A stretch of 10,314 nt of DNA from Candidatus Woesearchaeota archaeon. Lineage in GTDB: Archaea > Nanobdellota > Nanobdellia > UBA10117 > CAYGVN01. The position numbers were made by a program, and so were the translations under genes. Within the stretch, counting starts at the first letter, position 1, and each line of letters starts with the position of its first letter. The notes below the pieces were generated by a model. That model was given only the letters and a program-made list of their open reading frames with translations, did not search any database and was not told the DNA's origin. The DNA lies in the NCBI GenBank assembly GCA_964353445.1, contig CAYGVN010000023.1, forward strand, positions 1 through 10,314, in the 5' to 3' direction. Shown one piece after another: positions 4,180-10,314 of the stretch.

Positions 4180-4809
4180 ATGGACATAGGAAAATTGCTT
4201 TTTTCGTACAGCGAAAGAAAAGATGAAATTAAGGATAAACTAAAAGAATTCAGAGAAAATTGGAACAAGCCTGATAAGAAAATTTTTTCTGAGCTTTGCT
4301 TCTGCATCTGCGTTCCCCAGTCAAGAGCTGAGCTATGCGAAAAGGCAGTTTCAGAGCTTTCAAAAAGTGAAATTCTTTACACAGGCTCTGAAAAGCAAGT
4401 AAGAGACGGATTGAAAGGTGTGAGGTTTCCAAACAATAAAACGAGATTTATTCTGGAAGCAAGAGATTATTTTTCTTCTGGCAGCAAAATAAAAAGCAAG
4501 TTAAACACAGAAGATATTGCCGGCTTGAGAAACTGGCTAGCTGCCAATATCAGCGGGCTCGGCTACAAGGAATCCTCTCATTTTCTCAGAAATATAGGAT
4601 TTGGAAAAGATCTGGCGATTTTGGACAGGCACATTTTGAAAAACCTGAAACGTTATGGAATAATCAGTGCTATTCCAAAAACATTGACAAAGAAGAGATA
4701 TTTAGAAATCGAAGAAAAGATGGTAAAATTCTCTGAAAAAATCGGAATTCCCCTCGGAGAATTGGATTTAGTTCTCTGGTCAGAAGAAACAGGTAAAATT
4801 ATTAAATAA
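4180..4809 (+). CDS. ogg: 8-oxoguanine DNA glycosylase / AP lyase, archaeal Ogg2 family (HhH-GPD superfamily)
   Basis: 209-aa ORF, the length expected for Ogg2. It has FCICVPQS, the helix-hairpin-helix with catalytic Lys GLGYKESSHFLRNIG, and the Asp motif LAILDRHI. The start codon is 11 nt after the tRNA-Val 3' end. Confidence 0.85.
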   Translation: MDIGKLLFSYSERKDEIKDKLKEFRENWNKPDKKIFSELCFCICVPQSRAELCEKAVSELSKSEILYTGSEKQVRDGLKGVRFPNNKTRFILEARDYFSSGSKIKSKLNTEDIAGLRNWLAANISGLGYKESSHFLRNIGFGKDLAILDRHILKNLKRYGIISAIPKTLTKKRYLEIEEKMVKFSEKIGIPLGELDLVLWSEETGKIIK

Positions 4810-4823
4810 CTTAATCTTCTAAA

Positions 4824-5225
4824 CTATCTTTTCCATTTTTTAATAAAGGGTGAAAAATCGACTTGATATTTTGGTATTCCTATAGAAATTCCGTATTTTG
4901 TTGCTTCTGCATACTGCTGCTTACTTGCTCTATCTATTCTAAATATCTTATTTCTAAATATTATAAAATGTGTCTTATCATTCTTAAAATCCGCATACCA
5001 CTCACCATGTTTAGAGTCTAATGATTTGCTCAATTCTTCCGCAATTTTATCAGCTTGATTTTCTGGAACTTCAACAGTATGTAATGTCCATTGTTTTAGA
5101 TATGGTGTGTGATGCTTCTCGGTGACTTTTTCAATTTTGGTTTTGAGAATTTTAACTTTCTTCAGAACTTCTTTATTCTCAAGGCTTTCTTCAATTAGTA
5201 CGCCAATAAAACTTTTCTGTTTCAT
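4824..5225 (-). CDS. Hypothetical protein (133 aa), last gene of the minus-strand RNR/cobalamin run
   Basis: Long ORF with no competing frame. Its ATG is 12 nt downstream of the ferredoxin stop. I recognise no motif. Confidence 0.6.
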   Translation of the reverse strand: MKQKSFIGVLIEESLENKEVLKKVKILKTKIEKVTEKHHTPYLKQWTLHTVEVPENQADKIAEELSKSLDSKHGEWYADFKNDKTHFIIFRNKIFRIDRASKQQYAEATKYGISIGIPKYQVDFSPFIKKWKR

Positions 5226-5237
5226 GATTCAATTTAT

Positions 5238-5408
5238 TTAAGCTGTTATCGCCCCGACAGGGCAAGCCTCAGCAGCTGCCTTCAGGTCGCATTTGCCTTT
5301 TTGGTTTTTGACATGTGATTTGCCGTCTGGCCCGAGCTCAAAGACATTCGGGCAGAGAGCCACGCAGGCTCCGCATCCAATACATTTTGACTTATCAACT
5401 TTTACCAT
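5238..5408 (-). CDS. Small single-cluster ferredoxin (56 aa), not in the supplied ORF track
   Basis: Hand translation of the minus strand: MVKVDKSKCIGCGACVALCPNVFELGPDGKSHVKNQKGKCDLKAAAEACPVGAITA. CxxCxxC...CP plus a distal C...CP matches small Pyrococcus-type ferredoxins. GAGGA lies 5 nt upstream of the ATG. The ATG overlaps the upstream gene end as ATGGTAA. Confidence 0.8.
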   Translation of the reverse strand: MVKVDKSKCIGCGACVALCPNVFELGPDGKSHVKNQKGKCDLKAAAEACPVGAITA

Positions 5409-5920
5409 TCTATTCCTCTTTTGGCAGCCGGGAATTTCTTCGGCTGCTTAATCAGCTGTATTTCGTTTACGAAATCTGCTCTGTTTATTAATTCCTTTGT
5501 AGCATATCTGCCTGTTAAATAAACTGTTGTTGATGAAGGAACTATATTCAGAAAATCTATTATATCTTTTGTTTTCAGCAGGCCTCCGTGAACAGCAAGA
5601 TTAATTTCATCAAGAATCAGCAGAAACGGCTTCTTGTTAAGAGATTTGTAGGCAAATTCCAGACCTTTTTTTGCAAGCTGATAATCAACTGGCTTGAGAC
5701 TTTTTGGGTCTACAAATTCTTTTCTGCCAAACTGGTGTATTTCATAGTACGGACTGAGTTTTTTAGCAATTTTATACTCGCCAATATCCTTTCTTCCTTT
5801 CAGAAATTGAATAATAATTACTTTCCTGCCCTGGCCGACAGCACGCAGGGCAACTCCAAGGGCGCTGCTTGTCTTGCCAGCTCCCATTCCTGTCCATAAA
5901 TAAACTAATCCATGTTTCAT
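5402..5920 (-). CDS. cobA: ATP:cob(I)alamin adenosyltransferase, CobA/CobO/BtuR family
   Basis: P-loop GMGAGKTSSALG followed by RAVGQGRKVIIIQFLKG, then LLILDEINLAV, YLTGR and C-terminal GIEW. This order parallels Salmonella CobA. I prefer the start at 5920 (MKHGLVY), 1 nt after the nrdJ stop. The ORF-track start at 5980 would overlap the nrdJ 3' end by 59 nt. Confidence 0.8.
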   Translation of the reverse strand: MKHGLVYLWTGMGAGKTSSALGVALRAVGQGRKVIIIQFLKGRKDIGEYKIAKKLSPYYEIHQFGRKEFVDPKSLKPVDYQLAKKGLEFAYKSLNKKPFLLILDEINLAVHGGLLKTKDIIDFLNIVPSSTTVYLTGRYATKELINRADFVNEIQLIKQPKKFPAAKRGIEW

Positions 5921-5921
5921 C

Positions 5922-8015
5922 TTAAGCGTAAATTGGGCATGTTCCTGTCGGGCAGCCGCCTGCAAATTCTGACTCTGCATGCAGCATTTCTTTTTCTCCT
6001 ATATAGAGAACCTGCTCAGGCTTGCTGCCATAGCGGTAAACAGTTATGCCCTTGCACTTTAGGTTGTAAGCAAGCTCATAGGCTTTGGCGACATCAGCCA
6101 CGCCTGCTTTAGCCGGGAGATTTATTGTTTTTGACACAGAATTATCTGTGTATTTTTGGAAAGCAGCCTGCATCTTGACGTGCCATTCAGGCGCTATTTC
6201 AAGGGCTGTAACAAAAAGTTTTTGGATGTCTTTAGGCACGCCTTTCATTTTTTGAACAGAACCTTTTTTTGCGATGTCCATCATTAATTGGGCGGAGTAA
6301 AATCCTTTTTCTTTTGCTGTGTGCTCAAATATCCTGTTAATTTCAAGCAGCCTTCTGTCAGTCAGAACTTTTCTCACAAAAGAAATCGCAAACAACGGCT
6401 CGATTCCGGAAGAGACTCCGGCAATTATGCTCAGTGTTCCTGTCGGGGCTATAACTGTCGTTGTTGCATTTCTCATTGATTTATGTCCCTGCTTCTGCCA
6501 TAAAGATCCATGGAAGTTCGGGAAAGATCCTCTTGATGCTCCCAACTGCACCGACGCTTTACGGGATTCTTCGGCTATGAATTTCATTATTTTCTCTGCA
6601 GATTGCAGGGCTTTGGCTGAATTGTAAGGAATCTTCAGCAAGACAAACATGTCTGCAAGGCCCATAACGCCCAAGCCGATTCTGCGGTTTGCCTTTGTTG
6701 CACTTTCTATTTCAGGCAGCGGATAGACATTTGCATCTATTACATTATCTAAAAAGCGGACAGCTATTTGGACAGTTTTTTTCAATTTATCAAAATCAAT
6801 TTCATATCTCTGCCCTTTCTGTTTTAACATCTTGGTTAAATTAATAGAGCCAAGATTGCAGCTTTCATAAGGATGCAGATTTACTTCACCGCAAGGATTC
6901 GTGCTCTCAATCAGGCCTATGTTTGAAGTTGGATTTCTTCTGTTGATTTCATCGATGAATATAACCCCTGGGTCGCCTGTTTTCCAGGCAGACTCTGCAA
7001 TCAATTCCCAGACTTTTCTTGCATTTAATTTGCTGACAATTCTTCTATTTCTCGGGTTAATTAATTCATAATCTTTATTTTCCTTGACAGCCTGCATGAA
7101 TTTATCTGTAACTGCAGCTGAGATATTGAAATTGCTCAAGAAGCCCTTGCGCTGTTTTGCAGTTATAAATTCCAGAATATCCGGATGGTCTACTCTGAGA
7201 ACACCCATCATTGCTCCTCTTCTTTTTCCTCCTGCTTTAATAACATCTGTTGCTGTGTCAAAAACCCGCATGAAGCTTACAGGACCGCTGGCAACACCCA
7301 TTGTGCTCCTGACAATGTCGCCTTTTGGCCTCAGCCTTGAAAAAGAGTAGCCAACACCCCCGCCAGACTGCTCAATCAGTGCTGTTTGCTTTACAGCAGA
7401 AAAAATGCTGTCAAGCGAGTCTTCTATAGGAAGGACAAAACAGGCGGATAATTGCTTCAACGGCGCGCCTGCATTAAATAAAGTCGGGGAATTCGGCAGA
7501 AATTCAAGCTTGGACATTATTCTGAAAAAGTCGTCTTCTGCTTTGCGGGCATCTCCCTGATATTTTTTTTCAGCAGCTGCAACTGCCCGTGCAACTCTCC
7601 TGAACATCTGGCCTGGAGTTTCTATAATTTTTCCAGCTTCATTTCTTAAAAGATACCTGCGCTCGAGAACAGCCATTGCATTGTATGTAAGTTTTTCTTC
7701 AATGCCAAAAATCTCCCTTGCTCTCCTGATTTCAGCTTTCTTTTGCCTGAATTCAGCATAAATTTCTGCAACTCTTTTATTCCAGCCCTTAAGAACTTCT
7801 TCAACAATATTCTGCACGTCTTCTACAGAAGGAATTTTCTTTTCAAATCTGACAGCAAGTATGCTCACAACCCTGTCAGACAGCTTTTTTGAAGCCTTTC
7901 CGTCAGACACCCTTGCATCAAATAATGCCATATGAATTGCATGAGTGATTCTAGACTGGTCGAAATGGACTATACTGCCGTCTCGTTTTTTAATTTTTGT
8001 AAGTTTGGTGGCCAT
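5922..8015 (-). CDS. nrdJ: Class II (adenosylcobalamin-dependent) ribonucleotide reductase
   Basis: 697-aa ORF. ATP-cone-like N-terminus KIKKRDGSIVHFDQSRITHAI. Catalytic cysteine loop ESTNPCGEV. C-terminal redox tail GGCPTGTCPIYA. Overall class I/II large-subunit-like sequence with no separate radical-generating subunit gene nearby. Confidence 0.9.
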   Translation of the reverse strand: MATKLTKIKKRDGSIVHFDQSRITHAIHMALFDARVSDGKASKKLSDRVVSILAVRFEKKIPSVEDVQNIVEEVLKGWNKRVAEIYAEFRQKKAEIRRAREIFGIEEKLTYNAMAVLERRYLLRNEAGKIIETPGQMFRRVARAVAAAEKKYQGDARKAEDDFFRIMSKLEFLPNSPTLFNAGAPLKQLSACFVLPIEDSLDSIFSAVKQTALIEQSGGGVGYSFSRLRPKGDIVRSTMGVASGPVSFMRVFDTATDVIKAGGKRRGAMMGVLRVDHPDILEFITAKQRKGFLSNFNISAAVTDKFMQAVKENKDYELINPRNRRIVSKLNARKVWELIAESAWKTGDPGVIFIDEINRRNPTSNIGLIESTNPCGEVNLHPYESCNLGSINLTKMLKQKGQRYEIDFDKLKKTVQIAVRFLDNVIDANVYPLPEIESATKANRRIGLGVMGLADMFVLLKIPYNSAKALQSAEKIMKFIAEESRKASVQLGASRGSFPNFHGSLWQKQGHKSMRNATTTVIAPTGTLSIIAGVSSGIEPLFAISFVRKVLTDRRLLEINRIFEHTAKEKGFYSAQLMMDIAKKGSVQKMKGVPKDIQKLFVTALEIAPEWHVKMQAAFQKYTDNSVSKTINLPAKAGVADVAKAYELAYNLKCKGITVYRYGSKPEQVLYIGEKEMLHAESEFAGGCPTGTCPIYA

Positions 8016-8036
8016 TAAGAGGAAGAAGAAATTCCA

Positions 8037-8045
8037 ATTTATTAA
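8037..8045 (-). promoter_or_regulatory. Candidate TATA-like box upstream of nrdJ
   Basis: The minus strand reads TTAATAAAT, centred about 26 nt upstream of the nrdJ ATG (8015). It lies just downstream of the nrdG stop codon (8049-8051). This call is weak because the background is AT-rich. Confidence 0.3.
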
Positions 8046-8048
8046 GCT

Positions 8049-8771
8049 TTACTCAAGGGATGAAAATTTTCCTCTAAATTTTGTGTTTGGGACATTGTCC
8101 TGTGCTGCGTTTACAAAAGCTCTAATTTGTTTTTCATCAAAAGGCTTTAGGCTGGAGCAGCTTGCATCTAAAGTATTGTAGCTGACAAAATTTTGTATAA
8201 AATACCGGCGGCTACCTCTTATGTTGACTGAAATCTGCCTTATGTCTGCTGTGGTGTGCAGGCTGGGAACAACAGTTGTTCGGAATTCATAGTCTACAGG
8301 ATTTGTGAGCAAATATCTTGCGCTGTACTTAACTGCTTCAAAAAGCACTTCGCTCTTAATACCGCAGGCTTTTGAATAGGCGTTGAAATCCAACGGCGCC
8401 TTGATATCCATTGCAACATAGTCTACCAATTTAGAATTAACAAGCTGCTTGAGCATATTCGGATTTGTGCCGTTTGTATCAAGCTTTATGCTTATTCCTA
8501 TATCTTTTATTTTTCGGCAGAGTTCCGGCAAGTCAGGGTGAATAGTCGGCTCTCCGCCAGTTATGACCACACCATCGATAAAATCTTTATTAAATTCCAA
8601 AAACGTCTTGACTTTAGAAAATGGTATTGTCTGGAATTTTTTAGGCGCCTGTACAAGCTTGAAATTATGGCAGAAAGGGCATCTGAAATTGCAGCCAGGC
8701 AGGAAAATCACAGCTGAAACCTTGCCGTCCCAGTCTAAAAATGACGTTTCTAAAAAACCCTTAATTTCCAT
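8049..8771 (-). CDS. nrdG: Anaerobic ribonucleotide reductase activating protein (radical SAM)
   Basis: 240-aa ORF. The N-terminus MEIKGFLETSFLDWDGKVSAVIFLPGCNFRCPFCHN carries the CxxxCxxC radical-SAM cluster motif in the NrdG-type context. ITGGEP is also present. nrdD lies next to it. Confidence 0.85.
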   Translation of the reverse strand: MEIKGFLETSFLDWDGKVSAVIFLPGCNFRCPFCHNFKLVQAPKKFQTIPFSKVKTFLEFNKDFIDGVVITGGEPTIHPDLPELCRKIKDIGISIKLDTNGTNPNMLKQLVNSKLVDYVAMDIKAPLDFNAYSKACGIKSEVLFEAVKYSARYLLTNPVDYEFRTTVVPSLHTTADIRQISVNIRGSRRYFIQNFVSYNTLDASCSSLKPFDEKQIRAFVNAAQDNVPNTKFRGKFSSLE

Positions 8772-8792
8772 GTTATTTATTTGGACGTTAAA

Positions 8793-8802
8793 TTTTTAAA
8801 AA
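8793..8802 (-). promoter_or_regulatory. Candidate TATA box upstream of nrdG, inside a 14-nt AT palindrome
   Basis: TTTTTAAAAA (8793-8802) sits within the perfect palindrome aatttttaaaaatt (8791-8804). It is centred about 26 nt upstream of the nrdG ATG (8771). Confidence 0.35.
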
Positions 8803-8805
8803 TTC

Positions 8806-9090
8806 CTAAGCTGAACCGTGTTCAGCTTGGCCCATCGAAAGCAGAGCTTTCGATAGGGTTTCACTTGAAGGAATTTCTCCTCTCCAGCCAGTTACTTCCT
8901 GCTCTTTGTTGTCAACTATAATTATGCTGGGGGTGGATAGAACAGAAAAGAAAGCTGCTTCTGCGAGCCCGTCCCTGCCGCCGATATCCCAGTATTCTAC
9001 TTTTATGTTCTGCTTCTCTAACTCTGCGCCCAGCTCTTTTGCTGCCGGGCATTTCGGACATGTTTTTGAAACAAATATTTTTATTACCAT
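8806..9090 (-). CDS. Small thioredoxin-fold redoxin (glutaredoxin/NrdH-like), CPKC active site
   Basis: 94-aa ORF. MVIKIFVSKTCPKCPAAKE has the beta1-CxxC-alpha1 arrangement. STPSIIIV matches the cis-Pro loop region of the thioredoxin fold. Confidence 0.8.
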   Translation of the reverse strand: MVIKIFVSKTCPKCPAAKELGAELEKQNIKVEYWDIGGRDGLAEAAFFSVLSTPSIIIVDNKEQEVTGWRGEIPSSETLSKALLSMGQAEHGSA

Positions 9091-9093
9091 TTT

Positions 9094-9163
9094 AATTCAC
9101 TTCTCTTTTGCCTGTGAATTGAAACCAGCGAATTTGCACTGCAAATTCGTGCAGTTTATTCAC
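9094..9163 (-). promoter_or_regulatory. Structured intergenic element between nrdD and the redoxin gene (palindrome plus three mutually complementary heptamers)
   Basis: Perfect 10+1+10 palindrome cgaatttgca-c-tgcaaattcg (9129-9149). It is flanked by aaac (9122-9125) / gttt (9154-9157) and gtgaat (9114-9119) / attcac (9158-9163). A third copy, aattcac (9094-9100), is also complementary to gtgaatt (9114-9120). The structure is seen directly; its function is inferred. Confidence 0.4.
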
Positions 9164-10314
9164 CCAAAGTGTTCTGTACTCCTGTACCTGTCTCTAAGCT
9201 CAGCTATTTTGCCTTTGTTCCAGCTGCTCGTCTTCGAGAAAAACCCTGTTACTCTTGTAATCCCTTCAACTTTCTTTGAGCCGCAGAACTGGCATTTAGC
9301 CTTGATACCCCTGCCAACTTTCTGGCAGTCCAGACAGCTTGTAAATTCTGGGCTGAAAGCAATTTGGTCGTTCAATGTATTATAAAATGTCTTTTTGACA
9401 AAGTTTGCAATTGATTCTGGATTAGGCGAGCTTTCTCCGAGCCAGACATGAGAGAGCGAGCCTGCTTCTATCATAGGATGGAAAAGTCCTTCTGATTTTA
9501 CTCTTTCTATCGGGCTAATTGGAGTGGATATATTCAGGTATGTAGAATTTGTGTAGTACACTTCATTCTTTCCTACATTCCCTTTTACAACCTGGCTGGC
9601 CTGTATTGGAGAGCTCTTAAGGTCAAGCTTAGCCAGTCGATAGGCAGTTGATTCTGCAGGGGTTTGCTCTAGGACAAAATGCATGCTGTGTTCTTTTTCT
9701 AAGCGCTCGCATTCTTTTTTCATATGTGCAATTACTTTGAGCCCGAACTTGAGGGCTTCTGTTGATTCGTGCATCTGCTGCCCAAAGTGATATTGTACTA
9801 ATTCATTCAGGCCCAGCATGCCAATCAAGAAAGTTGCTCTGTGCAGCCTTAGATAGCGCTCGCCATCAAGATTCATTGCCAAAAGATTAAGAGGGCCTTT
9901 GTTTTCTAGATTAATCAGCTTTTCTATGAATTTCTTTTTTTGCTCGTGCGCTTTTGCAGCCAGCTCCATCCGCTGGGTTATTATCTCAAACAATCTGTTG
10001 TCATCCCTGTCTGCTTCAAATGCTGCTCTCGGCAGATTGATTGTTACATTCTGCAGTGCAGAAAATCTCATTTTCCAAGGCTGTTTCGCATCTTCTATGT
10101 CAGAGCGCTCCAGCTTGAAGGCTAAACGGCAGCACTCGGAAATTTTTGCTGTCTGGCCCCTGTCAAAAACGTAATAGGTGTTGCCTTTTTCTGCTGATAC
10201 ACTTGAAATTAAATTCAAGAATTCTTCATGCCCTTCTGTATTGAAAAATCGCTCTGTCATGTGAACTTCCGGCTTTGGGAAGAAAAACGGACGGCCGACA
10301 GCATCTCCTTTATA
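9160..10314 (-). CDS. nrdD: Class III (anaerobic, glycyl-radical) ribonucleoside-triphosphate reductase, C-terminal 384 aa; 5' end lies beyond the window
   Basis: The frame stays open from 10260 to the window edge (YKGDAVGRPFFFPKPEVH precedes the ORF-track Met). C-terminal zinc ribbon CLDC...CQFCG, followed by the glycyl-radical motif ITRVTGFFS. ISECCRL is a probable catalytic Cys loop. Confidence 0.9.
   Translation of the reverse strand, partial: YKGDAVGRPFFFPKPEVHMTERFFNTEGHEEFLNLISSVSAEKGNTYYVFDRGQTAKISECCRLAFKLERSDIEDAKQPWKMRFSALQNVTINLPRAAFEADRDDNRLFEIITQRMELAAKAHEQKKKFIEKLINLENKGPLNLLAMNLDGERYLRLHRATFLIGMLGLNELVQYHFGQQMHESTEALKFGLKVIAHMKKECERLEKEHSMHFVLEQTPAESTAYRLAKLDLKSSPIQASQVVKGNVGKNEVYYTNSTYLNISTPISPIERVKSEGLFHPMIEAGSLSHVWLGESSPNPESIANFVKKTFYNTLNDQIAFSPEFTSCLDCQKVGRGIKAKCQFCGSKKVEGITRVTGFFSKTSSWNKGKIAELRDRYRSTEHFG

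Noticed and set aside
5921-5980. Longer cobA-like start (MQSQNLQAAARQEHAQFTLK...) given by the ORF track
   Set aside because: It would overlap the conserved C-terminal redox tail of nrdJ by 59 nt in another frame, and the extension has no CobA-like sequence. The Met at 5920, 1 nt after the nrdJ stop, is more parsimonious, although I cannot exclude the longer form.
5960-5980. ctgcaaattc (5960-5969), identical to one arm of the 9129-9149 palindrome, followed by the palindrome ctgcatgcag (5974-5983), about 40-60 nt upstream of the cobA-like start
   Set aside because: It lies inside the nrdJ coding sequence (encoding ...SEFAGG...). It is a single half-site match in an AT-rich 10-kb window and could be chance. 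It is worth rechecking only if the 9129-9149 palindrome proves to be an operator.
5588-7350. Plus-strand ORFs antisense to the cobA-like gene and nrdJ (5588-5899, 5912-6112, 6288-6479, 6319-6627, 7084-7350)
   Set aside because: All lie inside strongly supported minus-strand genes and lack motifs. They are typical shadow ORFs.
8906-9385. 159-aa plus-strand ORF from the track
   Set aside because: It is antisense to both the redoxin gene and the nrdD 3' end, crosses the structured spacer, and is low-complexity and Leu/Phe/Ser-rich. Both opposite-strand genes have clear family motifs.
1-10314. CRISPR arrays, rRNA genes, tandem repeats, toxin-antitoxin pairs or known defence modules
   Set aside because: I saw no regularly spaced direct repeats and no rRNA-like conserved stretches. 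No small adjacent gene pair has toxin/antitoxin features. The dCMP deaminase is a plain 160-aa housekeeping type without the extra domains of defensive deaminases.

Overview
Gene-dense, AT-rich fragment (GC not computed). It reads as archaeal: bulge-helix-bulge (BHB) tRNA introns, an MCM-family ATPase, an Ogg2-type glycosylase, an archaeal-type NMNAT-like protein, and TTTATAAA-type boxes about 27 nt upstream of start codons. It probably comes from a small, streamlined genome; no taxon can be assigned from sequence alone. The + strand carries four tRNA genes: Ala-GGC (cut by the left edge), CAU, Thr-GGU and Val-UAC. The last three contain introns. I support 14 protein-coding genes: a truncated MCM-like AAA+ ATPase, a GT2 glycosyltransferase, dCMP deaminase, an NMNAT-like nucleotidyltransferase, a 106-aa unknown protein with a ribosomal-stalk-like C-terminal tail, Ogg2, and a 5.5-kb minus-strand run. 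That run is nrdD (partial), a small CxxC redoxin, nrdG, nrdJ, a cobA-type adenosyltransferase, a 56-aa ferredoxin missing from the ORF track, and a 133-aa unknown. With the dCMP deaminase, the window is strongly themed on dNTP supply. The most unusual observations are listed here. (1) The CAU and Thr tRNAs each carry a 102-nt intron at the same position, with shared sequence blocks and compensatory base-pair changes, suggesting a conserved intron-borne RNA or a mobile intron family. (2) tRNA-Val is decodable only through a non-canonical intron at 33/34 with clean 3-4-3 BHB geometry. (3) A small protein ends in the aP1/aP0 factor-docking motif. (4) The MCM homolog lacks the N-terminal OB/zinc domain and the C-terminal winged helix. 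(5) Two CDSs start 6 and 11 nt after a tRNA 3' end, resembling tRNA punctuation. (6) A three-part complementary element lies between nrdD and the redoxin gene. I saw no rRNA, CRISPR array, transposase or integrase.
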